This document shows positions 49,558 to 59,274 of a stretch of DNA of 64,000 nucleotides, piece after piece. The stretch spans positions 42,418-106,417 of the forward strand of contig JBDSBE010000082.1 of assembly GCA_039921745.1 (NCBI GenBank), in the 5' to 3' direction. The DNA comes from Ilumatobacteraceae bacterium (GTDB taxonomy: Bacteria > Actinomycetota > Acidimicrobiia > Acidimicrobiales > Ilumatobacteraceae). Position 1 is the first letter of the stretch. Each line of letters begins with the position of its first letter. The position numbers were made by a program, and so were the translations under genes. The notes beneath the pieces are model-generated. The model saw nothing but the letters and a program-made list of their open reading frames with translations. It was not told the DNA's origin and did no database searches.

Positions 49558-50274
49558 GTGTTCGACGGCAAATTCCGGGCCCCGGTCGATGCAGCGGTCA
49601 AACCGATCGGTGCGGCGCTCCGCAAGACGAAGCTGACGCCCGACCACTTGACCGTTGTCGGTCTCGTCGTGGGCGCCGCCGCTGCCGTCGCGGTCGGTTC
49701 TGGCCACCTGCGTTGGGGGCTGGCCCTCGTCATCCTGGCGGCACTGCCCGATCTGCTCGACGGCGCACTGGCGAAGGCGTCGAACACGTCGAGCCAACGC
49801 GGTGCCTTCTTCGACTCCACGGTCGACCGGCTGACCGACTCACTGCTGCTCGGCGGCATCGCGTACTACTTCGCGACCACCGAAGATCCGCGTCTGGCCG
49901 TGCTCCCGTTCGCGGTGTCGGCGGTGTCGTCGGTGATCTCGTACCAGCGGGCGAAGGCAGAATCACTCGGGCTCGACGCCAAGGGCGGATTGATGGAGCG
50001 CGCCGAGCGGATCGTGGTCCTGTGCGTGGGTCTGCTGATCGAGCCGTGGCTCGACGGGGCACTCGTCTGGATCCTGTGGGGGATGCTCGTCCTGATCTCG
50101 ATCACCGCGGTGCAGCGCTTCGTGAAGGTCTGGAACCAGGCGGCGGTCGCGCCCGTCACCCAAGCTCGGATCGACATGCGGCGCGAGCTGCGTGAGTCGC
50201 GCCGTGAAGCCCGAGTGAAGCGCCGGAGCACCCGGGTCCCGCTGCGCGAGCGGGTGCCTCGTCGACAGGACTGA
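49558..50274 (+). CDS. pgsA: CDP-alcohol phosphatidyltransferase (PI/PIP synthase)
   Basis: DLLDGALAK...GAFFDSTVDRLTD; thrS-HIT-pgsA-patA-pimA context. Confidence 0.9.
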   Translation: MFDGKFRAPVDAAVKPIGAALRKTKLTPDHLTVVGLVVGAAAAVAVGSGHLRWGLALVILAALPDLLDGALAKASNTSSQRGAFFDSTVDRLTDSLLLGGIAYYFATTEDPRLAVLPFAVSAVSSVISYQRAKAESLGLDAKGGLMERAERIVVLCVGLLIEPWLDGALVWILWGMLVLISITAVQRFVKVWNQAAVAPVTQARIDMRRELRESRREARVKRRSTRVPLRERVPRRQD

Positions 50275-50281
50275 TCGCCGG

Positions 50282-51196
50282 GTGGAGCGTCGCCGGTCGA
50301 GCTTCACGGACACTGCTGCGCTGGGGGGCTACCGCGTCGCCGCCTTGGCGGCGCGCGCGCTGCCGGGCATCGCGGCGCAGGGTCTTGCGCCGGCGCTCGG
50401 CTTCGGAGCGAGCGTGGCCAGCCCAGAACGACGGGCGATGATCGAACGTCATCTGCGTCGCGCGGATCCCACGATCGGCGGTGCCCGATTGCGCCGATCG
50501 GTCCAGGAGGCGTTCGACTCCTACACCCGTTACTGGCTCGAGAGCTTCCGGCTGCCACACCTGCGCGGTTCGGCGGTGGATCGGGGTATGACGGTCGAGG
50601 GGTACGTACACGTCACCGATGCGCTCGCTCACGGCAATGGTGTGATCCTCGCGCTCCCGCACCTGGGCGGGTGGGAGTGGGCCGGACGGTGGCTCGTCGA
50701 GCGGGGCCACGGCATCACCGTCGTCGTCGAGGAGATCCAGCCGCCGGAACTGTTCGAGTGGTTCGCCGACCTCCGTGGGCAGCTCGGCATGCGGGTCGTC
50801 GCGCTCGGTCCGGCGGCTGGTCGCGAGGTGATCGCCGCCCTCAAACGCAATGACGTCGTCTGCCTCCTGAGCGATCGTGACATCCAACGCACCGGCGTCG
50901 AAGTCGTCTTCTTCGGCGAGACGACGACCCTGCCTGCGGGGCCGGCGACGATCTCGTTGCGGACCGGGGCGCCGCTGCTCCCCACGGCCGTGTACTTCAC
51001 CGACCGAACCGATGGCCACCTGGGGATCGTCCGGCCGCCGGTCGACATCGGGCGGTCTGGCGACGGTCTGCGCTCGGACGTGCAGCGCGTAACGCAGTCG
51101 TTGGCACTCGAACTGGAGTATTTGATCCATCGCGCGCCGCACCAGTGGCACCTTTTTCAACCCAACTGGCCGTCGGATCCCGGTTACGACGCGTGA
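50282..51196 (+). CDS. patA: Phosphatidylinositol mannoside acyltransferase
   Basis: RYWLESFRLP, LPHLGGWEWAG, LLSDRD, QWHLFQPNW. Confidence 0.88.
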   Translation: MERRRSSFTDTAALGGYRVAALAARALPGIAAQGLAPALGFGASVASPERRAMIERHLRRADPTIGGARLRRSVQEAFDSYTRYWLESFRLPHLRGSAVDRGMTVEGYVHVTDALAHGNGVILALPHLGGWEWAGRWLVERGHGITVVVEEIQPPELFEWFADLRGQLGMRVVALGPAAGREVIAALKRNDVVCLLSDRDIQRTGVEVVFFGETTTLPAGPATISLRTGAPLLPTAVYFTDRTDGHLGIVRPPVDIGRSGDGLRSDVQRVTQSLALELEYLIHRAPHQWHLFQPNWPSDPGYDA

Positions 51197-51260
51197 TCGT
51201 CGGCGTCGCACGATTCTTGCCGCCGGCCTCAACCCCGCGACGAGCGGTGCCGATGACGCT

Positions 51261-53888
51261 GTGATGACACGTTCGCGAATTGCACCGGTGGTCTACGGAC
51301 TGCTCGGCATCGGGGCTGTGCTCGCGTACGTGCTCACGGCTTCCACCGCAGGGATGGAACGGATCGCAGTCGGGGCGATCTTCGGGGCTGCGACCGCGGT
51401 TTTCGTCGCCATGGCGGTTCATCGTCCGGTTCGGCCCGTGCCATGGTTCCTGTACGGCGTCGGGATCGCCATGCTCGGAGTCGCCGCCCTGGTTCGCTCG
51501 GCGGAATGGTTCGGGAGCGTCGGCGCGGGCTTCCCGGCCGGCGCCGAGATGATTGCCATCCTCGCCTATCCGTCGCTGTTCGTCGCGACGATCAGCATCA
51601 CGTCCGGTCGCCGGCATGCCCCGGACCTCCTCGCCGGTTCGGAACCGATCATCTACGCCACGGCTGCGACCGCGCTGGTGTGGCTCGGGCTGACCGGTCC
51701 GTACTTCGACCAGGACAGGATTCCGCTCGCCTCCGAAGCGTGGATCTGGATTTTCCCGCTGCTCGACGGCACACTCGCACTGCTCGCGCTGCGTCGGATC
51801 GACCGGTCCGTCGCCGCACGCCGGGTCTTCGAGACGATGACGCTGGGGTTCCTGCTGCTGGGCGCCGCGCATGGCGCGACCGCGTGGGCTGCGTCGGTCG
51901 GCAGCCTCGAGTTGGGTTCCCCACTCGCAGCGACGCTGATGCTCGGCCCGATCACGCTCGGTCTCGTCGCCACGCTGCCCGCGCTCACCGCGGTGACGGC
52001 GGCGGCCGGTGAGCCGGTCCGGGTGCACTGGTTGCAGATCGTCGGTCTGGTACTCGCGGCGCTCGTACCGCTCGGCGGGCTGCTCCTCATGCGGTTCGGA
52101 GGCTTCCAGTCATCGTCCTCGTTCGTCGTCGTTGCGCTGGCGACCGTCACGGTGATCGTGCTGTCGCTGGGCCGCATGTGGCGTCTCGTCGACCAGGTGC
52201 GCAGTCTCACCGAGCAGCGCGGCCACGCCCGCCTGGCGGCGATGGTCGAACATTCGAGCGATGTCGTGATGTTGGCGGACGATCGCGGGCGGGTCAGCTA
52301 TGCAAGCCCCGGTCTCCGCGCCACCCTCGGTTACGACCCGGAGAGTTGGACGGGCCGACACCTCGTGGACGTCGTAGTCGAGGACGAGCGCGAAACGGCC
52401 GAACGCAGCGTCGAGCGGCTGATCGAATCGGGCCAGGGCAGCACCGTCGAGTTCGAGACCAGCCTGCTGCACGCTGATGGACAGCAGCGAAAGGCCAACG
52501 TGGTGATCGCCAACCTCGTCGGCGGTGCCGCCGTCGACGGCATCGTGGCCACATTCCGCGATGTCACCGAACAGCGCAATCTCGAGCGTCAGCTCAGTCA
52601 CCGTGCCTTCCACGACGAGCTCACGGGCCTCGCCAACCGGGCCCTGTTCCTCGATCGGATGGATCATGCGCTGCGCGTCACCCGACCGGTGTCGGACCCC
52701 GTCGTCGTCCTCTTCGTCGATCTCGACGACTTCAAGTCGGTCAACGACGCGCTCGGACACGGCGTCGGAGACCAGCTGCTCAAGACGGTCGCCAACCGGA
52801 TCCGCGAGGCGGCCGGGAGCGGCGACACCTCGGCCCGACTCGGCGGGGACGAATTTGCGATCCTGCTCGAGGATCGGGGCGGCATCGACCGCGCGATCGA
52901 CGTGGCGGAATCGCTGCTCGAATCGCTGCGTGATCCGGTCACGATCGCCGGGTACGACGTCGCCGTTCTCGCCAGCGTCGGTGTTGCCGTCGCATCGAGC
53001 GGGATGAACACGACGAGCCTGCTGCGGGACGCCGACATCGCGATGTACGAGGCCAAGCGCGCCGGCAAGGGACAGATCCGGATCTTCGACCCGGCGATGC
53101 GCCTGGTCGCCACCAAACACCTCGAGTACCGCGGCGAACTCGGTGCCGCTCTGCACAACGACGAACTCCGTCTGGTGTACATGCCGTTCGTGGACCTGCG
53201 GACCGGTCAGGTCACCGGCGCCGAGGCGCTCGTGCGATGGCACCACGCCGAACACGGCGACATCCCCGCCAGCGAGTTCATCCCGATCGCGGAACGTTCC
53301 GGACTGATCGTGCCGATGGGCTACTGGATCCTCGACCAGGCGCTCCAGCAGGCCGCATCCTGGCGCCCCGGCCTGTTCATCAGCATCAACGTGTCGGCCG
53401 TCCAGATCCGGCAGGTCGACTTCGTCGAACGGGTCATCGCAGCCGTCGACCACCATCACGTCGACCCGTCGACGATCGTGTTCGAGATCACCGAGACCGT
53501 CCTCGTCGACGAGGGCGACCGGGCGACCGAGACGATGCGCCACCTGCGCGACGAGGGGTTCCGGTTCGCCGTGGACGATTTCGGTGCCGGTTTCTGCTCG
53601 CTCAGCCATCTTCAGCGGCATCCCGTCGATCTCCTGAAGATCGATCGCGCCGCAATCGAGGACTTCGGGAACGACCCACGCGGCAACACCCTGGCCCGCA
53701 CGATCCTGCAGATGGCCGAATCGCTCGAACTGCTGACGGTGGCCGAGGGGATCGAGACCACGAGCCAACTGCGAGAACTCCGTCGGTTCGGATGCGACGT
53801 CGGACAAGGCTACCTGCTCTCGCGGCCGCTCGAAGCCGAGGATCTCGCCGTGCGGTTCCGCCAGAGCGAGCCGGTCGGCGCCTACTGA
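51261..53888 (+). CDS. Membrane PAS-GGDEF-EAL diguanylate cyclase/phosphodiesterase
   Basis: Multiple TMs, PAS, HDELTGLANR, RLGGDEF, AEALVRW, DDFGAG, AEGIET, QGY. Confidence 0.95.
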   Translation: MMTRSRIAPVVYGLLGIGAVLAYVLTASTAGMERIAVGAIFGAATAVFVAMAVHRPVRPVPWFLYGVGIAMLGVAALVRSAEWFGSVGAGFPAGAEMIAILAYPSLFVATISITSGRRHAPDLLAGSEPIIYATAATALVWLGLTGPYFDQDRIPLASEAWIWIFPLLDGTLALLALRRIDRSVAARRVFETMTLGFLLLGAAHGATAWAASVGSLELGSPLAATLMLGPITLGLVATLPALTAVTAAAGEPVRVHWLQIVGLVLAALVPLGGLLLMRFGGFQSSSSFVVVALATVTVIVLSLGRMWRLVDQVRSLTEQRGHARLAAMVEHSSDVVMLADDRGRVSYASPGLRATLGYDPESWTGRHLVDVVVEDERETAERSVERLIESGQGSTVEFETSLLHADGQQRKANVVIANLVGGAAVDGIVATFRDVTEQRNLERQLSHRAFHDELTGLANRALFLDRMDHALRVTRPVSDPVVVLFVDLDDFKSVNDALGHGVGDQLLKTVANRIREAAGSGDTSARLGGDEFAILLEDRGGIDRAIDVAESLLESLRDPVTIAGYDVAVLASVGVAVASSGMNTTSLLRDADIAMYEAKRAGKGQIRIFDPAMRLVATKHLEYRGELGAALHNDELRLVYMPFVDLRTGQVTGAEALVRWHHAEHGDIPASEFIPIAERSGLIVPMGYWILDQALQQAASWRPGLFISINVSAVQIRQVDFVERVIAAVDHHHVDPSTIVFEITETVLVDEGDRATETMRHLRDEGFRFAVDDFGAGFCSLSHLQRHPVDLLKIDRAAIEDFGNDPRGNTLARTILQMAESLELLTVAEGIETTSQLRELRRFGCDVGQGYLLSRPLEAEDLAVRFRQSEPVGAY

Positions 53889-53939
53889 ACTCGGTGGGCA
53901 CGGGGCTCGTCGACGCGCTGACGCGGTACCGTGGCCGCA

Positions 53940-55040
53940 ATGCTCCGGATCGGCATGGTCTGCCCGTACAGCCTGTCGATCCCCGGCGGTGTGCAGGCGC
54001 AGGTGCTGGGCCTCGCCCGTGAGATCCGCCGTCAGGGCCACGAGGTGCGCGTACTCGGCCCGTGTGACGGGCCGCCGCCCGAGTCGTTCGTCACCCCGCT
54101 CGGTGACAGCCTGCCTGCCTCGGCGAACGGATCGATTGCTCCGCTCGCACCCGACTTCTCCGCAACGCTGCGGACCGTGCGGGCGCTTCGTGACGAGGCA
54201 TTCGACGTGGTGCACATTCACGAGCCACTTGCTCCCGGACCACCGATCACGTCGGTCTACCTCCGCACCGCACCGTCGGTCGGGACGTTCCATGCGGCTG
54301 GTCGATCATCGAGCTACCGGTTCATGGCGCCCGGCCTCAAACGAATCCTGCGTCGGATCGATCACAAGGTGGTCGTGTCCAAAGACGCGCTCGCGCTCGT
54401 GCACGGATACCTCGGTGGCGACTACGAGATGCTGTACAACGGGGTCGAGACGACCGAGATCCGGTCGGTGCCGGCCGCACCCGTGGCCAGGCCGGCGATC
54501 TTCTTCGTCGGGCGCCACGAGGAACGTAAGGGCCTCGGCGTGCTGCTGTCCGCCCTCGGCTCCACCGACCTCGACGTGTCGTGCTGGATCGCAGGCAACG
54601 GCCCCGACACCGTCCGGCTCACCGCCGAGTTCGCCGGCGACGATCGGATCGAGTGGCTCGGCAGGATCTCCGACGCCGACAAGATCGCCCGCCTCCGCAG
54701 TGCGGCCGTGTTCTGCGCGCCGTCCCTGCACGGCGAGTCGTTCGGCGTCGTCCTGATCGAGGCGATGGCCGCAGGAACGCCCGTCGTCGCGAGTGCCCTG
54801 GACGGCTACCGCAACGTGGCCACCGACGGTGTCGATGCGCTGCTCGTGCCGCCGGGCGATGTCGACGCCCTCGTCACGGCGCTCCTGCGGGTGCTGGGTG
54901 ATGCCGACCTGGCGGGCCGCCTCGTCGACGGAGGCAACGTACGTGCCGATCGATTCTCGATGTCGGGGCTTGCGGCATCGTACGTCGAGGTCTACGAGCG
55001 GCTGCGCGCAGCGCCGTTCGAACCGACCGCGCTGGGCTGA
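53940..55040 (+). CDS. pimA: GT4 phosphatidylinositol mannosyltransferase PimA-like
   Basis: MVCPYSLSIPGGVQ, HIHEP, RKG, GESFGVVLIEAMAAG. Confidence 0.88.
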   Translation: MLRIGMVCPYSLSIPGGVQAQVLGLAREIRRQGHEVRVLGPCDGPPPESFVTPLGDSLPASANGSIAPLAPDFSATLRTVRALRDEAFDVVHIHEPLAPGPPITSVYLRTAPSVGTFHAAGRSSSYRFMAPGLKRILRRIDHKVVVSKDALALVHGYLGGDYEMLYNGVETTEIRSVPAAPVARPAIFFVGRHEERKGLGVLLSALGSTDLDVSCWIAGNGPDTVRLTAEFAGDDRIEWLGRISDADKIARLRSAAVFCAPSLHGESFGVVLIEAMAAGTPVVASALDGYRNVATDGVDALLVPPGDVDALVTALLRVLGDADLAGRLVDGGNVRADRFSMSGLAASYVEVYERLRAAPFEPTALG

Positions 55041-55073
55041 CGGATCTGGGCTGACGGATCTGGGCTGACGGAT
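55032..55073. repeat. 14-bp tandem repeat CTGGGCTGACGGAT x3 spanning the pimA stop
   Basis: Direct reading. Confidence 0.9.
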
Positions 55074-55134
55074 CCGGGTCGCCGAGCCATGAGGTCACCC
55101 CTGGCCGGTCCGTCGACGCCGTAGACTGACATGC

Positions 55135-55686
55135 ATGTGGTTGCTCATCGTCGTGTTGATCATCGTGGTGCTGCTCGCCGTCTACCTGATCACCGCCTAC
55201 AACGGCCTGATCCGCAACCGCAACCAGATCGAGAACGCCTGGTCGCAGATCGACGTGCAACTCAAGCGCCGCCTCGATCTGATCCCGAACCTCGTTGAAA
55301 CGGTCAAGGGCTATGCAGCGCACGAGAAAGAGACCCTCGACGCCGTGATCCGGGCTCGCAACGCCTCGGTTGCCGCGTCGACGCCGGGCGAGCAGGCGAA
55401 GGCCGAAAACATGCTCGAAGGCACGCTCAGCCGACTGTTCGCGCTCAGCGAGGCGTACCCCGACCTGAAAGCCAACCAGAACTTCCTGGCGCTGCAGGAG
55501 GAACTGACGGCCACCGAGGGCCGCGTCGCCTACGCCCGCCAGTTCTACAACGACAGCGTGCTCGGCTACAACAACAAACTCCAGCAGTTCCCGACCATGT
55601 ACTTCGCGAAGATGCTCCACTTCGAACGGCGCGAATATTTCGAGGCAGACGAAGCCGCGCGCACGGCGCCGACGGTCGAATTCTGA
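55135..55686 (+). CDS. lemA: LemA family protein
   Basis: WSQIDVQLKRRLDLIPNLVETVKGY, EAYPDLKANQNF. Confidence 0.96.
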   Translation: MWLLIVVLIIVVLLAVYLITAYNGLIRNRNQIENAWSQIDVQLKRRLDLIPNLVETVKGYAAHEKETLDAVIRARNASVAASTPGEQAKAENMLEGTLSRLFALSEAYPDLKANQNFLALQEELTATEGRVAYARQFYNDSVLGYNNKLQQFPTMYFAKMLHFERREYFEADEAARTAPTVEF

Positions 55687-55726
55687 TCCGACGACCGATC
55701 GACCCTCACCATGACATCCCCCCGAC

Positions 55727-56632
55727 ATGTATGAATTGATTCGTTCGAACAAGCGCCGCAGCATCCTGCTCGTCATCGGCTTCGTCGGCGTCGTCGGCGT
55801 CGTCGGTGCCGCATTCGGCCTGCTGATCGGCAACGGCCCGATCGCCACGATCGTGGCGCTCGTGATCGCCGCTGTGATCGCGTTCGCCAGCTACTGGAAA
55901 GCCGACACGATCGCCCTGGCGGTCAGTCGCGCCAGGCCGGCCGACGAGCACGAGTACGCGCGACTCCACAACATCGTCGAAGGTCTCTGTATCGCCGGTG
56001 GCCTGCCGAAGCCCGGGGTGTACATCGTCGACGATCCGGCGCCGAACGCGTTCGCGACCGGCCGCAACCCGAAACATGCTGCGATCGCCGTCACGACCGG
56101 TCTCCTGGAGAAGCTCAACCGGGTCGAGCTCGAAGGCGTCGTCGCGCACGAACTCAGCCACATTCGCAACTACGACATCCTCGTGTCGACGCTCGCGGTC
56201 ACGATGGTCGGCGCCGTCGCGCTCCTGAGCGACATCGCGATCCGAACAATGTGGTGGAACGGCGGGCGGGCTCGCCGGGCGGGTGACCGTGGCGACAGCG
56301 GCAACCCGTTGGCGATCGTGGGGTTCCTGCTGCTGATCTTGGCGCCGCTCGCTGCCAAGGCGATGCAGGCAACGATCTCACGCCAGCGCGAGACACTCGC
56401 CGATGTCAGCGCATGTCAGATGACCCGCTATCCACCCGGGCTGATCTCGGCGTTGGAAAAGCTGCAGGAGGACACGACGGTGACGCATTCTGCATCGACG
56501 GCTACGGCACACTTGTGGATCGAACAGCCCATGAGCGGGGTAGGTGACAACGGTCGCCTTGGCGGCGCTCACAAATTGTTCGACACCCATCCCCCGCTCG
56601 AAGAGCGCATCGCACTGTTGAGAGAGCTGTGA
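55727..56632 (+). CDS. htpX: M48 zinc metalloprotease HtpX
   Basis: PNAFATGRNP, AHELSH, FDTHPPLEERI. Confidence 0.94.
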   Translation: MYELIRSNKRRSILLVIGFVGVVGVVGAAFGLLIGNGPIATIVALVIAAVIAFASYWKADTIALAVSRARPADEHEYARLHNIVEGLCIAGGLPKPGVYIVDDPAPNAFATGRNPKHAAIAVTTGLLEKLNRVELEGVVAHELSHIRNYDILVSTLAVTMVGAVALLSDIAIRTMWWNGGRARRAGDRGDSGNPLAIVGFLLLILAPLAAKAMQATISRQRETLADVSACQMTRYPPGLISALEKLQEDTTVTHSASTATAHLWIEQPMSGVGDNGRLGGAHKLFDTHPPLEERIALLREL

Positions 56633-57759
56633 ACCGAACCAAGACTGCCCCCATCCTGATCCTGTGCGCGAGCCTGGTCGTGGCCGCCTGCTCCGGCGGC
56701 GACGAGGAGGCCGCGCCGACGGTGCCTTCGTCGACTGCTGCGGTGACGACGACGACCGAGGCGCCGGCCCCGACCACCGCCGAGACGACGACGACCACCA
56801 CCACGCCGGCGACCACCGTCGAGCCGGTCACCACGACAACGACGATCCCCGACATTCCCCGGATGCCGTTGACCGGCGCACCGATCGGCGATCCCAGCGA
56901 GGTTCCCGATCGACCGGCGCTCGTCGTCAAGATCTCCAACGCCCCGCTGAGCATCGTCCCCCAGGCCGGACTCAACAATGCCGACATCGTGTTCGAGGAG
57001 GTCATCAACGACAAATCGACCCGGCTCGCAGCAGTGTTTCATTCGCAGGACATGGACCCGATCGGCCCGATCCGATCCGGTCGGGCACAGGACATCAACC
57101 TGCTGCTGTCCCTCCAGCGCCCGCTGTTCTCGTGGAGCGGCGGCAACCCGTCGGTGACGCGTGCGATTCGCGACTCCGACCTGGTCGACCTCGCCGACGG
57201 CCGCAACTCCGGCTTCTACCGCCGGTCGGGTCGGCGCAGCCCGAACAACCTGTACACGAACACCGAGGTGATGTGGGCGCAGACGACCGACGAGACCGGG
57301 CGCCCCACCGTGGTGTTCCCGTACGTGCGCGACGGGGCAACCCTGCCCGCCGGCGAGGCGGCGACCACGATCGGGGTGACCATGGACAGTGTCAACGTGA
57401 CCTGGACGTACGACGCCGAGACCGAAGGCTATTTCCGCACGCAGAACGGCCGTGAGCACACCACCGAGACCCCGGACGGGGTCGAGCGCGTGTGGGTCAA
57501 GAACCTGGTCGTGATGAAGGCCGATTACGGCGTCAACACGTTCGACGGCAACCCCGATGCCCAGTCACTCGGCTCGAACCCGGTCTACGTGTTCACGGGC
57601 GGCATCGTGCAGCAGGGCGAATGGCTCCGGTTCATGCCGGAGGACCCGTTCCAGTTCTTCGACAACTTCGACGACTTGAACCCGCTCCCCCTCCAGCCCG
57701 GTCGGACATGGGTGGAGATTCCTCGCAATCTCGATGACACGGTCGGCTGGGAGAGCTGA
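56629..57759 (+). CDS. DUF3048 lipoprotein
   Basis: Lipobox VAAC, Thr-rich linker, PLTG, VVKISN, PQAGLNNADIVFEE, GPIRSGR. Confidence 0.88.
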   Translation: MNRTKTAPILILCASLVVAACSGGDEEAAPTVPSSTAAVTTTTEAPAPTTAETTTTTTTPATTVEPVTTTTTIPDIPRMPLTGAPIGDPSEVPDRPALVVKISNAPLSIVPQAGLNNADIVFEEVINDKSTRLAAVFHSQDMDPIGPIRSGRAQDINLLLSLQRPLFSWSGGNPSVTRAIRDSDLVDLADGRNSGFYRRSGRRSPNNLYTNTEVMWAQTTDETGRPTVVFPYVRDGATLPAGEAATTIGVTMDSVNVTWTYDAETEGYFRTQNGREHTTETPDGVERVWVKNLVVMKADYGVNTFDGNPDAQSLGSNPVYVFTGGIVQQGEWLRFMPEDPFQFFDNFDDLNPLPLQPGRTWVEIPRNLDDTVGWES

Positions 57760-57766
57760 CGCAGCG

Positions 57767-58417
57767 ATGACGACCCTGCAGGCGAGCGACGGTCATCGAG
57801 CAGACGCGTACGAATCGCATCCGGACGGTGCGACGGCGACGATCGTCGTCGTGCAGGAGATCTTCGGCGTGAACGCGCACATCAGGTCGGTCGTCGATCG
57901 CTTCGCATCGTTCGGCTACCGGGCGATCGCGCCCGCCTTGTTCGACCGGGTCGAACCGGGTGTGGAGCTGGCGTACGACGCGGCCGGCATCGAGCGCGGC
58001 CGTGCGTTGGCGACTGCGATCCGGTGGGAGCCGGCGATGCTCGACGTGGCGGCCGCGGTCGACCATGTCGCCGACACCGGGCCCGTCGCCGTGATCGGCT
58101 ACTGCTTCGGGGGCAGCCTGGCGTGGCTGTCGGCGAGCGAGCTGCCGATCGCTGCCGCGGTCGGGTACTACGGCGGGCAGGTCGTCGAGTTCATCGACCG
58201 CACGCCGGCCGTTCCCACGATGTTGCATTTCGGGGCGCTCGACCAGGGGATCCCGCTCGATGATGTGGCCGCGATCGCCGACGCGCACCCGTCGGTGCCG
58301 GTTCATGTGTACGACGGCGCCCAGCACGGTTTCAACTGCGATGCTCGCGCGTCGTATCACCCCCGGTCAGCTGCAATTGCGCTGGGGCGCACACTCGAGT
58401 TCCTCGACCTTGCGTGA
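57767..58417 (+). CDS. Dienelactone hydrolase family
   Basis: QEIFGVN, GYCFGG, HGFNCD. Confidence 0.93.
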   Translation: MTTLQASDGHRADAYESHPDGATATIVVVQEIFGVNAHIRSVVDRFASFGYRAIAPALFDRVEPGVELAYDAAGIERGRALATAIRWEPAMLDVAAAVDHVADTGPVAVIGYCFGGSLAWLSASELPIAAAVGYYGGQVVEFIDRTPAVPTMLHFGALDQGIPLDDVAAIADAHPSVPVHVYDGAQHGFNCDARASYHPRSAAIALGRTLEFLDLA

Positions 58418-58450
58418 CGAATTGTGCCAGGCACAATTCGTCATGCGAGG
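58408..58450. terminator. Perfect palindrome between convergent genes (bidirectional terminator or REP-like)
   Basis: TGACGAATTGTGCC-A-GGCACAATTCGTCA (58415-58443), extendable with G-U pairs. Confidence 0.7.
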
Positions 58451-59196
58451 CGACGGGCGGCGGCGGCGACCACGCTGACGGCGGCCTGCTCCACCCGGTC
58501 GTGGACACCGCGGTCGGGGATCTCCTGCTCGGTGCGGTTGACGAGGACGCCGGCCACCATGCCGGCGCGCCAGCCGTTGGCGGCGCACATCGTGAGCAGC
58601 GTGGCGCTCTCCATCTCGTAGTTGAGGACGTGCAGGGCCTGCCACTCGGCTCGGCTACCGGCGAAGCGCCGGTTGACGTATCCGGAAACTGTGTCATAGC
58701 GCTCCTGGCCCGTGTAGAACGTGTCCGACGACGCCGTGATGCCGACGTGGCGGGTGATGCCGAGTTCGTCGGCGGCCGTGACGAGTGCCGTCGTGCAGTC
58801 GAAATGAGCCACGGCGGGATACTCCAGCGGCGCGAAGTGGATGCTGGCTCCGTCGAGGCGGACCGAGCCGGTCGTGATGATCACGTCGGCGACGGCGATT
58901 TCCTGCTGGATCGCCCCCGTCGTGCCGACCCGCAGGAACGTCCGCACGCCGAGTTGGGCCAATTCCTCGACCGCGATCGACGTCGACGGACCTCCGATGC
59001 CCGTCGAACACACGACGATCGGCGTGTCCCCGGCGAACCCCAGCGCACTCGTGAACTCGCGCTTCGAGGCGAGCGGCGTCCGGCGATCGAACTGCGCAGC
59101 GATCGTCGCGACGCGAGCAGGGTCGCCGGGCAGGATCGCCACGGTCGCACCCTGGAGGAGATCGGCGGTGAGATCGAGGTGGAAGACGTCCGACAT
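58441..59196 (-). CDS. udp: Uridine phosphorylase
   Basis: [55 protein letters not shown]. Confidence 0.95.
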   Translation of the reverse strand: MSDVFHLDLTADLLQGATVAILPGDPARVATIAAQFDRRTPLASKREFTSALGFAGDTPIVVCSTGIGGPSTSIAVEELAQLGVRTFLRVGTTGAIQQEIAVADVIITTGSVRLDGASIHFAPLEYPAVAHFDCTTALVTAADELGITRHVGITASSDTFYTGQERYDTVSGYVNRRFAGSRAEWQALHVLNYEMESATLLTMCAANGWRAGMVAGVLVNRTEQEIPDRGVHDRVEQAAVSVVAAAARRLA

Positions 59197-59222
59197 GCCG
59201 GTCACCGTATCGGTCGGCGCCG

Positions 59223-59258
59223 GGGTGTTCAGCGGGGGTGTTCAGCGTGGGTGTTCAG
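59223..59258. repeat. Short direct repeat GGGTGTTCAG x3 in the SDR-udp intergenic region
   Basis: Direct reading, 13-nt period. Confidence 0.7.
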
Positions 59259-59274
59259 GCGCGCTGTTTCGGCG

